Counted from the first letter of the stretch, positions 18,250 through 34,200 are shown. The stretch: 64,000 bases of DNA from Eledone cirrhosa (GCA_964016885.1 OZ024740.1:442432001-442496000); one strand, 5' to 3'. A program made the numbers and translations. The notes: generated from the letters alone by a model not told the origin.

Positions 18250-20200
18250 TTATGTAATATTCGGCTTGTAGTGGGAAAAAAGGGTTTTAGTTCTGTGACG
18301 GCAGAATAATGTTCGTTCAATTCTGTTATTCAGCAGTTTCTTCTTGTGTGTGATTATGTAATAAATCTCAAGATTACACAATTTGCAGAAATTTTGGCTC
18401 CTGGAAAAGCTTTGGATTTTAGCTAATTTTTCCCATTTTAGGGTAAACTTTTGGTCGCTATCCCTGAGCGTCCAAGCTTTTTCTGCTAAAGTTGTTACAT
18501 TTCTTTGGCTCTGGTGTTTTATTGAGTAAGAATGCCTATACAATCGAGATTTAAACGATGTTGCCGTTGATCCCACGTAATACCACTCGTTGCCTCCGGA
18601 TTTAATGGTACACTTATAAATAATATTTTTTTCCAGGCAGTTATTGCCGAGGGGGCAGTTGTCAGGATAGGAGCAGTTACAGTTGTGTACGTTGGGTTTT
18701 CTCTGGAGTAGTATTGCGGACGAACTTAGGTGTGGTTTATTTATGTTCTGTAGTGTATTGTCTACTGTTTTTTTGTGTTCTTTGTACTTAAGTTCTTAGT
18801 GTTTTCGTTTAACCTTCTAGTATTGATCTTTTTTATGTGTTGTTCAAAGTTTAACGCTGTAGAGTATGACAGTCTTATAGTGGTAGGGTTTAGGATTTTG
18901 TGGTATTTGTGTGATGTGGGAAAATGTCTTTTAATTATTTTAAAGAAGAGTACTGGTAAATTTGTACTAATGGAGCTATTGTATTCGGGGTTATACCATA
19001 AGTACTCTTTGCATCGCTTTCTATTAGTTTTGTTTGTTGGTTTACTGGTGTGCATACTATGGTAGTAAGTGTGGTTTGGTGTTGTGTTATTATATCTACC
19101 TATGTGGGATTTATTTTGGGTGTTTTGATTGTTCCCATCTATGTACTCTATTTTGTTGAGGTAGCCTGCTTTACTAAGGGCGTTATCGTAGTACTCGGCG
19201 TGTTCCTTAAATACTTGTATGTTAGAAGATAGACTCGAGATTCTAAGGGAAATATTTTTAGGGATAGATTTAATTATAGAGATGGGGTGGTTAGACCCAA
19301 CATTTACGTATTTGAGATTTTCATTCAATTTATGAAACGGTTTAATCAGACCAGAGTTTAAATTGAGTGTGACATCCAGGAAGTTAACTACTTTAAGGTT
19401 GTATTCATATGTTATAGTTCGTCCTATTTCGAGTAGTAGTTTTCTTATATCTTTGCGTAGTTTTTCTAGTTTTTGGTTATTAAGGTTTTTAGCTAGGAGG
19501 AGAACATCGTCGCGGTATATTCCGCCGTGGAGATTGCTGAATTTTTCCTGGAGTCTAAAGGCGATAAATAACCCCACAATATCAGTTATTTCCGCCGAAT
19601 CGTTAGAGCCCATTGTTATGTCAAAGTTAGAGGGTGTATCTTTACGTACCCAATAACTGTTCTCAAATTTGACTATAGTTTTCCTAGCTTCTAATATAAT
19701 CTTAATTTCATCGTTTGTAAGGTCAGAATTATCCTTAGCAAACTTAATGGCTCTATTCAAAGTTTCAGGTGATATCGATGAGTAATATTCATCGATATCA
19801 AACTGGATAAACTTAGATTTATTCTTATTGCTAATGCTATTAAACCATCTTATTGCTTCTTGGGTCTTCCCCCAGAGTTTAATGTTAACCTTAGCCTTAA
19901 TTTGGGGGATGATTCTATCTAAGATATATTTGCTTATTTTACCTATATCTGATTTAGAGGGGCAGATTAATCTAATTTTAGGGTCATTATCAAAGTTTAC
20001 CTTGTGGTCCTTAAGATTGAAGGTGGGTACCGCCGGTAAGAGTGGTCCTGTCCTATCTTCGATTCCGAGATTTTTCACTATTTCGCATGCCTCATCATTG
20101 ATGTGCTTAAGGGTTACTTCACTCGTTTTTCTATATTTTTTATGTAATTCTTTTCGAATGAAGTTGTTGTATGTAGTGCAATCCATAGTGTACAGGTTTG
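18250..20200 (-). pseudogene. Naiad RT/GIY-YIG ORF with a single frameshift in a homopolymer near 18770; N-terminus missing
   Basis: [21 protein letters not shown]; the shifted frame gives CNCSYPDNCPLGNNCLEKNIIYKC...YVGST, joining ORF 18250-18576. Confidence 0.9.
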
Positions 20201-20203
20201 TAC

Positions 20204-21730
<1,527 letters not shown>

Positions 21731-22129
21731 TATGTATATATATATATACACACATATGATGTATTAGTTTACCTGAAGTTCACAGAAAATGAACTGTTGA
21801 TAACATGGCAGAAATTAGCCGAGATCATGCAGATACGATACTTCCTTGGTTATTCAAATTTTTAGACTTACATGAATATGTATAGAGTTTGTACGTATAA
21901 TATAGTTGATACTCACATTAATAAACAATAGAAAATTATTATATAAACCCAATATTTGATAGCTGACTATACAAATTATCACAATTTAAAATGGAAATGT
22001 AATTAATATTTTAAATTTAATTAATATTTACGAACAATACTTACGTAACATGTCCTGCAAATAAAGCAATATAATGATATTGTAACCGATAATTGGTGTG
22101 TTATATTAATTATATGACTCTTGTTGCCA

Positions 22130-22420
22130 TCTCTGGTGAAAATGTTCTGTTCACAAGGATGATGCCCAGGGTTCGAATCCACAGCATGTCATCAACCTCA
22201 AACTTTGGTAAGGAAATTGTGTTGATGTCTCATGGATTCTACCTGTAGTTCAAAGGCATTTTCTTGTCACACACTGTGTCACGCTCTTCTTGTCACACAC
22301 TGTGTCACGTTGTTCTTGTCACACACTGTGTCACGCTTTTCTTTTCACACACTGTGTCATGCTGATTATTCCTAAGGAATTACGTTAATGATACACGTGT
22401 CTGTGGAATGCACCACCACT
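22130..22420 (+). mobile_element. Degenerate tRNA-derived SINE with an internal ~25-bp repeat (cttgtcacacactgtgtcacgct) x4
   Basis: B-box gggttcgaatcc near 22170; internal tandem repeat ~22262-22362. Confidence 0.55.
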
Positions 22421-23006
22421 TATATATTAATTAATGCACCAGACGTTTCGTTAATCTAATAACACTATGATCATCGTCGAAACCAACGAATGCCCCATTG
22501 ATATCGTTGTAATGAAATGTTATATACTTGGTGCAGGCTGTGAGATATCGATATCCTCTCAACAGGTTGAATATCACAGATTGTTCTAAAGCTATCTATG
22601 GTTAACCAGGAATGTGTAGATGGTGGGAGACCCTCCCATGGGAGCTGGTAGGACATGAAGAGGACTGAACTCAGAATACAAAGACATGGAAAAAATCCCG
22701 CAAAACATCCCGTCTAGCACCCCAAAGATTACATGGGTTGTCTACTAACCTTGACTTCTACCTTATTTTTATATCTACCCGGAAAAGATGAAAGACAAAG
22801 GCAAGATGGGTGGAATTTGAATGAGAACGTTAAAAGATGGAATACTGCAAGTTGTTTGGGCAACAACTCAGCTATTTAGTTGCCGACCACTGGAGATTAA
22901 TTTTAAGTTCAAATATACATTGAGACTTTAGCTATTCAGCTATATTTTGAATTCCACCACCGTCACCATGGACAACAACGACAACATCATCATCATCATC
23001 ATCAGC

Positions 23007-23500
23007 TAGTAGTAGTAGTAGCAGGAGCAGTGATAGTAGTAGTAGTAGTAGTAGTGGCAGCAGTAGTAGTAGTAGTAGTAGCAACAGTAGTAGCATTAGT
23101 AGTAGTAGTAGTAGTAGTAGCAGCAGCAGTAGTATTAGTAGTAGTAATATTAGTTAGTAGTAGTAGTAGTGGCAGCAGCAGAAGTAGCAGTAGTTAATAG
23201 TAGTAGTAGCAGTAGTAGTAGTAGCAGCAGCAGCAGTAGTAGTAGTAGCAGTAGTAGTAGCAGTGGTAGTAGTAGTGGCAGCAGCAGTAGTAGTAGTAGT
23301 AGCAGCAGTAGTAGTAGTATTAGTAGTAGTGGCAGCAGTAGTAGTAGTAGTAGTAGTAATAGTAGCAGTAGTAGCAGTAGTAGTAGCAGTAGCAGTAGTA
23401 GTAGTGACAGCAGCAGTAGTAGTAGTAGTAGCAGTAGTAGCAGTAGTAGTAGCAGTAGTAGTAGTAGTAGTAGTGACAGCAGCAGTAGTAGTAGCAACAG
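23007..23500. repeat. (AGT)n/(AGC)n trinucleotide microsatellite
   Basis: Seen directly; poly-S/L/V ORFs are artefacts. Confidence 0.95.
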
Positions 23501-24474
23501 CTGTGGCAATAACTGAAACAATACATCAGTGTAGTTGACATAAATATAAAATATGGGATATAGAAAATTTGTTATATTTGATGGTAGAGAAAGTTGTATC
23601 AGTTAACAGTGAATTCTATAATCATATAAGTTGTAGATACGTATCTAACTTCAATAGTTTTTTGTTTGATAAGATGTCTTAGGGCTAATTATTCCACTAC
23701 ATGTGGCTCTTTAACTAACAGCTAGATTAATGTTTATTGAATTACTATCTCTACCTCTGCGTGTCACTGTTTTACTAGAAGATTAATTAGTGTTTATTGG
23801 GTAACTTATTTCTGTTGTATTGTTAGCAAGATGAGGAACCTCGTTAGACTCATCAAAACTACTGTCTTCAATGTCTGACTTATTGGATGCAGCTATTTTG
23901 GCATCTGCCATCATGCAGAGATGCTTTCTGTTTCGTCGGTAAGCATTCTGACGATCACGCACGATATAACTTCATTTTCAACCCTTTCGGACACAATACA
24001 TAACCAACTATGACAATCCGAAGTCATTCATATTACCTTCTGTCACTTTTGTGGAGTTTACATCTTTGACGGATTTCCCATAATATATTTTAGCCTTTGC
24101 CTTCCTCTGCTATTAGATAAGGTTGTGGTAAGTCAACTATATTAGGTTTCAACTGGTCACTAGGAGTACACCGTAAGGTCCTTATGCTGTAACCTATGTG
24201 TATTCCTGTAATATAAAATTACAAAGTATTCTTTATCAACTTTCACTAGCGGTGATTCCTAAAGTCTAACAGCTCTCTCTGATATATCAGTAGATTTGTG
24301 AGATAAGGAGTAGCTTGTGTTTAAATTACTGTTAGGGAATTATTTAAATAATCGGCTGTGAATTTACGGTGAAACCTCTCTGGAATATTCAGTCATTTAG
24401 AAACTAAATTCACTGAGAGAAGTACTTGAATTAAAGTTCTTTAGGGACTGACATGTAAGGCACGTGATTGGCGA

Positions 24475-24690
24475 ACGAGATATGAGAAGAGAAGTATCAC
24501 AAACGAGATTTGAGAAGTGAAGTACACAAACATGATGTCAGTAGTGAAGTACCACAAAAGAGATATCAGTAGTGAGGTATCACAAACAAGATATCAGATA
24601 AGAAGTAAACAAACGAGATATCAGACAAGAAGTACATGAACGAGATATCAGACGAGAAGTACATAAACGAGATCTGAGAAGTGAAGTTCC
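24475..24690. repeat. Degenerate ~25-bp minisatellite (aaacgagatatcagacaagaagtac-like)
   Basis: About 8 imperfect copies. Confidence 0.7.
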
Positions 24691-24887
24691 GCAAGTGATC
24701 TAATAAATACCCATAAACGACTAATCCAAATCTGTAAACACGTCTGCAACTATCTTATAACTGTATCTTTTTTCTCTGCCATTTTCTGTTTTGAGAGAAA
24801 CCTATCTTATGTTTTATCGACGCCCATCACCTACTGCGCATGTCAATATATTATACAATATATGTATGCAAAGGGATATCTCATTAC

Positions 24888-24940
<53 letters not shown>

Positions 24941-25619
24941 TTATATATATATTTGTGTGTGTATATATATATGTGTATATGTGTGTATGTATGTGAGTGT
25001 GTGTTTCTCTGATGTAAAATTTAGCCTTTCATAGCTTCGGTATATCAATAACAAGCGTGACAGATAAACCGCAGTAAAGGGACAGCTCTTGTGTGGATAT
25101 CGAACCGACAACATTTTTTATAGTTGATCTACTAATATGGAGTTCTGTCAGAGAACTTTCTGGGGAAACAAATTTATGATTGACTAGCATTCTATCAATT
25201 TGGTAAAAGTACCTTCCACTTGCTTAATAGGTTGAAAGCCTCTGAAAGGTCTCGGTGATAAGGAATCACCTAAATACATAAGCATGTCCAGCGACTTATA
25301 AAGGAAGGAACTCTTTTGTCATAAGAGTGAAAAAAATATGAAAATCTGATGTTTGTGTCTTTCCCAAGAGTAAGCAAAGTGATATAGTTTTGCACATAGG
25401 AATCGAAACAGCTAAACATTTGTTACATTTCTTATACTGCTAGTGTTGGAGGCTTTAGATTGGAATGTCTTAACACATGTAATATAAAGGAACTGAATAA
25501 CTACGAGAAGGACAAACAGACAGACATACACACACACGCACACACACGCACATACACACACACATATATATATATATATAAATGTATGTAAAAAGTAAAA
25601 AGAAATAACAAAGAAAACG

Positions 25620-25715
25620 ACACAATATATAGAAGGAATATATTAGTTTAACGCTTGAAATAGCAGGGAAAGTGTCTTAACGTTTCGGATACTAGTCCTT
25701 CATCACATGATAGAG
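25620..25715 (-). mobile_element. Degenerate PLE pLTR fragment with a mutated minimal HHR
   Basis: gTGATGA-a-gga-ctagta-tcc-GAAA-CG-TT; first core C replaced by G and stem I poor. Confidence 0.45.
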
Positions 25716-26124
25716 TTAAAAATAACACATAAAATAGAAAGATAAAGAATGAGAAGAAGAAGGAACGGGTTATAAATGCGAAAAAAATGGAAAGAAACAC
25801 GTGTGTATTCAGTCATCTCGATATCAACCGTGTAAGACATTAACTGCTGGCTTCCTTATATAAAAGGCAATCCTGTATGGAATGTAAATATAAAGCAGGA
25901 TAGAACAATTTAAAGAAAAAATCAAAGTAGATTAAAGCCAGCTTTTTAAATAAAAGCAAGAATATGATAGCTAACAGCAGGTGGGTTCTTAGGTAAAATA
26001 TAACAGGGTCTTTAATCTGATCTTAAAATAGCAGAAATACATGTAAACCAACACTATGTAAATATAAACTCACATACATACACACTTACTACGGGGTGGA
26101 GGAGCATACACATATACACGCACT

Positions 26125-26204
<80 letters not shown>

Positions 26205-26264
26205 CACACACACACATATATATAGGTACACATATATATAGTGTGCATATTTTATATAAATATA

Positions 26265-26411
<147 letters not shown>

Positions 26412-26727
26412 GGATTGAAAAAGTTTAGAAAATAAATCTTTAGAATAATGATTGATGTTTAAAAAAAATGAATTGAAGGAGTCAGGTGACTTGATGTACA
26501 AGAAACGAAACAGTTAAGTTTATGTATTAAGTCTGTGTATGATAACAAATGGCTACTTTCAACTGAGGACAATAATCACCAACGAATACAGTCGACTTGC
26601 TAGAAATAGTAGCCAAGTTTAATCAAATTCTATTCCCTCGTCTTGTAAAAGATAGACTAATGATATAATGTAGTCCTAAATATACAATACATCATTCCTT
26701 ATATGGCATCTCGATAACAACCAGTTA

Positions 26728-27475
26728 AACTACCGCCACCAACACAACCAACACTACCACTACCACTAACAATACCACAACCATCACAACCATTACCACT
26801 ACCACTAAAAATACCACTACCAATACCACAACCATTACCACTACCAATACCACTACCACCACCACCAGCACCACCACCATCACCACCACCTCTACCACCA
26901 CCACCACCTCTACCACTACCACCACCACCACCACAACCACCTCTACCACCACCGCCACCTCTACCACTACCACCACCACCACTACCACCACCACCACCAC
27001 CTCTACCACCACCACCACCACCACCACCATCACCACCACTTCTACCACCACCACCACCTCTACCACTACCACCACCACCACACCACCTCTACACCACCAC
27101 CACCTCTACCACTACCACCACCACCACCTTTACCACCACCACCACCACCACCACCACCACCACCTCTACCACTACCACTACCACTACCACCACCACCACC
27201 ACCACCACTACCACCACCACCACCACCACCACCTCTACCACTACCACCACCACCACCACCAACACCTCTACCACTACCACCACCACCACCTCTACCCCCC
27301 CACTACCACCACCTCTACCACCCCTACCACCACCACTACCACCACCACCACCACCACCACCTCTACCACCACCGCTACCACCACCCCTACCACCACCACC
27401 ACCACCACCACCAACACCTCTACCATTACCACCACCACCACCACCACCACCACAATCACCACCACACCACCACTA
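26728..27475. repeat. (ACC)n/(ACT)n microsatellite
   Basis: Seen directly. Confidence 0.95.
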
Positions 27476-27738
27476 GTCTCCAATAGCCAAAGAGTAAATG
27501 AAAAAGTTGTTTAAAGAAATGTAAGTTTGTGTTGTGATTCTCGTCTGTAAATGGTTGTCACGTTGGTTGGAAGCTGCACAGAGTTAATCCTTTAAGTTGA
27601 TAGCTAACCTAATCCCATCTCACAGAATCCCTCTCCAAAAATACACCTATTAGTTACACCAACAGAATAGACTGTTTATATTTCATACTAAAACATTTCT
27701 ATCTCCCCCCTCTCTTTATCTCTATCTCTTTCTCTCAT

Positions 27739-27739
<1 letters not shown>

Positions 27740-27830
<91 letters not shown>

Positions 27831-27845
27831 GCTCTCTCTCTTTCT
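27740..27845. repeat. (CT)n microsatellite
   Basis: Seen directly. Confidence 0.95.
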
Positions 27846-27854
27846 ATAATAAAC

Positions 27855-28291
27855 ATGAGAAGAAAGAAGAATACTGCGTGGTTGCATATGGGTTACATAT
27901 GATAAAAATAGTCCTTCGTCAGTGGTTTTCCAACCATCATTGGTATTTCATCGCATTAAAAATCATATACCTCAGGTTGGTGCGAGCAATAACTAAATAA
28001 AGTTATTGGGACCATTAAATCGCGTAAAGCGAGGGGGACAAGTGAACAACATAGAAGGATAAAAGCAAACCAAAGAAAGGAAAAAAACAAGCAACATGGT
28101 AGTCCTGGTCACCATAAGCTGGGTGGATTTCATGAGCGAAAGGTACAGACGTCCGGCGCGAGTGAGATGTAAGCAAGAAGAGACCCACTGTAAGCCAAAC
28201 GGGAGGAAGAGAGAAGGGGAGAAACAGAGTGTGAGTGAGTGGAAGTACGAGGAAGCGGTCAGTCGAGAGAAAGTGTAACTTACAGAGGGGG

Positions 28292-28292
<1 letters not shown>
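27855..28292 (-). repeat. Dispersed structured repeat with a kink-turn and a CTGACGA motif
   Basis: Homologous to 39162-39290 and 7473-7552. Confidence 0.65.
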
Positions 28293-28363
<71 letters not shown>

Positions 28364-28401
28364 ATATTAATAAATGGAAACTATATTTATAAAACCATAT
28401 T

Positions 28402-28467
28402 TATTCTATTATACATATTTCAAGGGCAACCAAGGCAAATTATGGTGCGCTTTCATCAGATAAAATA
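28402..28467 (-). ncRNA. Type I hammerhead ribozyme (inverted arm)
   Basis: Reverse complement of 28670-28735. Confidence 0.78.
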
Positions 28468-28669
28468 CAGATTTGTTTTATAAATAAATATTGACATACC
28501 CGGAAAAAAGACAACCTTAACGGTTGGAGCTTCCTGGATAGTGGAGATAATACTTTATTGAGGGTAATACAAAGTTATGAATGAGTATGCAAATGAGTGT
28601 CTGAAAGGGTGAAAAGATAACGGTTTATTTTTTTCGGGTATGTCAATATTTATTTATAAAACAAATCTG

Positions 28670-28735
28670 TATTTTATCTGATGAAAGCGCACCATAATTT
28701 GCCTTGGTTGCCCTTGAAATATGTATAATAGAATA
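28670..28735 (+). ncRNA. Type I hammerhead ribozyme
   Basis: tattttat-CTGATGA-aagcgcacc...ggttgccctt-GAAA-TATGTA-TA-atagaata. Confidence 0.8.
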
Positions 28736-28867
28736 AATATGGTTCTATAAATATGGTTTCCATTTATTAATATATTGTGTATTTACTCCACTACTGTTGA
28801 GTGCTTTATATCAGTTATAAAAATGATTAAGCTTGTTGAATTCCAACAAATTAAATATACCTTCTGC

Positions 28868-28903
<36 letters not shown>

Positions 28904-29443
28904 ATATGTGCTTGTGCGCACGCCTAAGGGAGTATGTGGGTGCCTGACATAAATATATATATATATATACATCTGTATATCTTAATATATATTTAGATAC
29001 ATTTACAACACACACACGAGAGCGTGTATGTGTTACATGTGTTCATGTATAGGAATCTATATGTAAATTCACCTGATGAAATGTATACACATTCGAGTGT
29101 ATTTTGTACCTGCACGAGTCCAAGTTCATTAATGAACTAAATTGTAAAAACATAGGTGACACACACACACACGCACGCACGCACGCACGCACGCTCGCTC
29201 GCTCGCTCGCTCACTCACTCACTCACTCTATCTATCTATCTTGATAGAGTAAGACACGCTTCACATCGGCTCCGCTATTCCATCGGGATTTACCCTTACT
29301 ATTGTAAGTACCGGATAAATTTTTCAGTGCAACACATTTGGAACACTAACCCCTGTTATTTAGGGAAACATTTTTGCATTTACCCCCTTTTTGGGGGGTA
29401 AAATAAATATCTAATTTTGCCGAAAAATTTCGTTCTTGGCAGC

Positions 29444-31261
29444 ATGGCGGAAAAGATGGCAGACATGTCTGCCATTAGCTCTGCCACGCCCCCCAAGTCT
29501 TAAGAACAAAAAATAATTACAACAAAATTAGACAACGAAACAAACAAAGAAAATGAAAAAACAAATGTTAAGGAAAATGAGCAAACAGAAAACAAACAAA
29601 CAGAAAATAATACAAATAACAACAGGGCAACTTTCGCCCAGAAAACAAAACAATCCATTACATACACACCAATTGACCTAACGGCCGCCAGAGAAAAACT
29701 GGCCGAAGTAAAGAAACACATTGTTTTGGGGGAAAATGGAATGTTTTCCATTAACTCCCCCCCAGAATTCAAGAAAGCGAGAACAGAGAACACAGTTCTC
29801 TTCAGAACAATCCTAAACCAAACAAGAAAGCCAGCACAGCCCAGCCAAATGGAGATAGAGTTGGTCCTAAAAGACTATATGAAGAATATTCTCTTCATAC
29901 GAAAGGACCGACTCTATGGCAGCATTTCGGTCCTAAAAGACAAAGAAACGGCGGAGAAGCTTTCCATAAGCCCACTCTCATCGACAACATACAGCTTCTA
30001 TCCCTCCTACATGGGTAGAAGAACACAGAGAGTAAAAATACAAACAATGCTGCCCACAATGGACTTCTGGTGGGCTATTGCTGGCTTCATAGACATGGGC
30101 GAGGACACAGTGCTGTCAATGGGGAAGGCATCCGGAGATGCGTTCCTGGGAATGGGCCTCGACCTACTAGTCCAAATGAGGCCCGAAAGAATAGCACAAA
30201 TCCCGGATCGCATCTGGCTGGATGAGCTCACCCCAATAGATATAATTGTAGAGGGGAGAAGACCAGCATGCTATTTATGCATGGAAAGGGGACACATTAA
30301 GGCTAACTGCCCGAAACGTATCCCCCCAAAAAGGACTATTGCCCACACCCACCACAAACAGTACACCAACACCACCCACCTCCAAAAATACACTAATACC
30401 ACACACAGCAAACAAAATACAAACACCACCAAGCACATCACCACCACCAGCAGCAAACACAAGCTCGACACAAAAATCACCACCACCATCACCAACACAA
30501 ACACCATCACCACCATTACCAACCACAAGCACGACACAAACAGCACCACCACCACCACAAAACGCATTCCAAACAAATAATAAAAAGAACAGCAACAAAT
30601 CTACCCCTCTCGCAAAAAAAAAAAAAACCAGACACGACGTCCCTCCCACCTAGCGCTGAAGAGTTTCCCCCAACTTCTGAAGAAGGAGGAGAAGCCTTCA
30701 GACAAGTTAAAAGAAAAAAAAGAAAGCACACACCCAGCACACCACAAATAACCCACACACAAACACCAACTCCAATAAAAAACACCCCACCCTCAACAAA
30801 CAAAAATAAATCTGCGCCTCCCCTCTCCGAAACATTGACAGCATCACAAAAAAAGACATTGCAATACACATATATAAATAAAGAAAACAAAAAAACTGTT
30901 TAAATTAATAAACAATAGCCCTTTGGTGCAGACCGAAGGGCCAAACTTTATCTCAACAGAGAACTTCACCCATTTAAAAATGATAAAGGTCCCTCTGGAC
31001 CTTTATCGTTCCTTAAAAGAACAATTTAGACAGGACGTGAGCCCCCCCCCCTGTTTAAAACCGTTAAATCGCGTCCTCTTGAAAGATTTCCCCATAACCT
31101 CCCCTCTCCCTGACACAACTCCAAACACCCCAACCCAACCACACTCGGGCACCCCCACACCACCACAAAACATCCCTCCACCCAACACACCTGACGCCAT
31201 GGAAATTACACAACCCGGAGAGGTAAGTGCTTTTCTTTCTTCACTTTCAACACCAAAATAG
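29444..31261 (+). pseudogene. Tx1-type ORF1 (CCHC zinc knuckle, Thr/Pro-rich tail) with stops and frameshifts
   Basis: VEGRRPACYLCMERGHIKANCP; the ATG at 29444 is in frame with the 29726 ORF but followed by an early TAA. Confidence 0.75.
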
Positions 31262-31266
31262 ATCAA

Positions 31267-34200
31267 TTGAGAGTTGGCTGTTTGAACGCGCGTGGCCTGG
31301 GCTCAGCTTGGAAGCAAGCAAAGCTACTAAGTGACCTCAGGTCACGAAGTATAGATGTGATGGTTGTTTGCGAGAGTCGGATCAGCAGCGTGCGACAGCT
31401 GGCTCCCGCCTTCGATGACTTTGAGATGCACGCATCTCTCTGTCAACCCGGAGGCGGGGGGGGGGGGGGGTTGCCGTACTGCTGGATAAACGTCTGGCTC
31501 TCGACGTACAGATTGTTCACTCGGACCCGGGGGGTCGAATACTGGTGCTGGACGTCGGAGGCGGTGAAGGCGGGGCTTTCAGACTGGTCGGTCTTTATGC
31601 TCCCTTCGGGGCGGAAAGAGCCGACTTCTTCCAGCGTCTGGAGACTTTTCTAGGAACGTCGCGTTCCCTGCTTTTAGTGGGGGACTGGAATGGAATCCTA
31701 GATGCGCGTTGGGACTATGCAGGGGCATGTCCCGATAGAGGGGGGTGTAGCAGCCTCAAGGGGTTACTCGATCGATTCGACCTGGTCGATAGATTTCGAC
31801 TAGATTGTCCAACTGCGCCAACCTGGACCTGGGCAAACCGCAGTGGACAATCTAGATCGTACCTAGATAGGTTTTTGGTTAGGAGTAAGGATAGGGACGT
31901 ATTTAGTTGTCCAGAACTGATCATGGTTGGCTATTCAGATCACAAATTAGTGACCTGCGTGGTCAACCTTGATAGAACGCATAGACAGGGTCCCGGTTAC
32001 TGGAAGATGAACTTGTCCTTGCCGACAAAGAAAGATTACAGGAACCGGATTAGTAGCTTAGTTAAGATGCGGTTGACGGGAGCGATCGTCAACAGTAGGT
32101 GGTGGGTATCTCTAAAGAGAGAGATTAGAGTAAGTTCGATAGGTTACAGTAAGGAACTAGCGGCGAATAGAAATAGGAAGGAAAGGGAGTTAACAGATAA
32201 ACTAGAAGAGGCGATTAGGAGCGGAGACGTAGCCAGAGTGTTAGCGGCGAGAACGGCGTTGAGCCAGTTCTTTGACGCGAAGCACGAAGGCTGCGTTGTC
32301 CGAAGTAAAATACGTGCTTTAGGAAACGAGGGGACCAAAGCTGTTAGCTGGGCCCGCGTGACAGAAGCCAAGAGTGGGATTAAATCCACCATTCGGTCTT
32401 TGCGAGACCAGGATGGACGGGTGATCCTTGAACCTGAGCGGATGTGCGAGGCCTTTCAAAGGCACTTTGCTCGACTGTTCGGAGGGGGCGGGGGGCCGGA
32501 CGGGGATGTGGACTTCGGTCCATACCTCGACGGTCTACCGCGTCTTTCGAGCGGCGAAGCGGAGTGCTGCGAAAGGCCAATCACAGCCACTGAAATCGGG
32601 GAAGCGCTCAGCCAATGCAGCAGACGCAAATCTCCGGGTCTCGATGGTCTACCATATGAACTTTTTTTAGCTATGCCGGTCTTGTTCTCCGAACTCCTCG
32701 AGGCTGTCTATTGCAACTGGCAACAGAACGGGAGAATTCCCTGTTCTGTGACCAAGGGCGTGGTCACGCTAGTGAGGAAGGACGAGAGCAAGGGGGACGA
32801 CTTAAGTAACTTTAGGCCCATAACTCTGCTGAATGCAGAGTTACAGATTTTGGCCAAGGTGTTAGCGTAGAGGTTGGCGCTTGTGGTGGGTGGTTTGGTG
32901 GGAGACGCGCAGACATGCGCTATCCCGTCCAGGTCCATTCACGACAACCTCCACCTCATGCGATACATCATAGAGAGGGTTGGCAACGAACCCGGCTTTG
33001 GTGGGGCCCTGATCAACTTGGATCAATCTAAGGCGTTCGATAGGGTCGACCATGGTTACCTGGATGCGGTGCTAGCGGCGGCCGGCTTCGGACCCGTTTT
33101 CAGGGGCTGGATTTCTGCCATGCACAGTGGCAACATCTACTCTAGGATTAAAGTAAACGGCTACCTCTCGGAGCTGTTTCAAATCACCCGGTCCATCAGA
33201 CAGGGGTGCCCCCTCTCCTCCCTTCTGTACGTATTGACTCTCGAGCCACTGCTGCGGAAGTTGGAGTTGCTGCGGGGCATACCCCTGGAACCGGGATTGC
33301 ACAAAGCGGTCTCGGCCTATGCCGACGACGTAACAGTAATGGTGGCGGACGCCTCGGAAATCGGGGCGATCGCCACCCTACTGGAGGAATACGAAAGGCT
33401 GACGGGGGCTAGGCTGAACCGGGACAAGTCAGTCGGTTTGCAACTCGGAACGTGGAGGGGCAAACCGATGCCGTTAGACGGTGTCGTCGGGCGGTGGACG
33501 GAGGGCCCGGTGAAGCTGCTCGGGGTCTGGTTCGGACCGGACCTCCAGGTGGAGAAGAATTGGGGCGAGGTGACGAGCAGGGTGTTTGCGCTGACCCAGA
33601 AGTGGGCCAAGTGCAAACTATCACTGAAAGGTCGGGCGGAGGTGACGAACGCTTACATAGCGTCCGTCATCTGCTACCGCCTGACCGTCGTGCCTTGCCC
33701 CAAGGAAAAGATCACCATCATGGAACGTATGCTCTTCCAGTTCCTCTGGAAGAAGCGGCCTCCCATGGTGAGGAGATCCATCTGCTGCCAGCACCCTTCG
33801 AAAGGAGGGCTGGGTATGCCGTGGCTGTTGATGCGTAGGCACGCATTGAGGCTACGGCATCTACAGGTATTCCTCACCGGTCAGCCGGTGTGGGCCCCGT
33901 TTGTGAGGCGAGCCTTCCCACAGCTCGTCTCGCTCACCGAGCTGCAATCCTGGGTGAAGCAAAGACCCAGAAAACTGGGCAACTGGCACACCGAGTGTGC
34001 CCAGGCGCTCACGGCTATCAGGCAAGCGGACCCGACTGTCAGGGGAGAATCCACCTCGACATTCTATAGAGGGCTGGTGGCTAGCAGGGGCGACGACACC
34101 CTTGGAGAGTCGCTAGGCATGGAGGAGGACGAACTGGCCAGCCTGTTCGGTAGAACTTTCGGCCCGGGACCCATGGACAACTTCCAGAGGTCCCTAGCCT

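Larger units (their letters stand above)
17101..20200 (-). mobile_element. 5'-truncated Naiad-type PLE (closer to the 5165-7255 copy than to the intact element)
   Basis: RT + GIY-YIG fragments, 3' HHR, (TA)n flanks. Confidence 0.9.
28340..28868 (+). mobile_element. Naiad pLTR-only insertion with inverted 5' duplication (arms ~28340-28516 and ~28621-28778)
   Basis: Homologous to the distal part of pLTR 12155-12911; HHR on both arms; (TA)n flanks. Confidence 0.82.

Noticed and set aside
27930-27980. Box C/D snoRNA or SECIS
   Set aside because: K-turn topology is opposite to SECIS, no terminal C box is evident, and the sequence is a dispersed repeat; kept only as a k-turn finding
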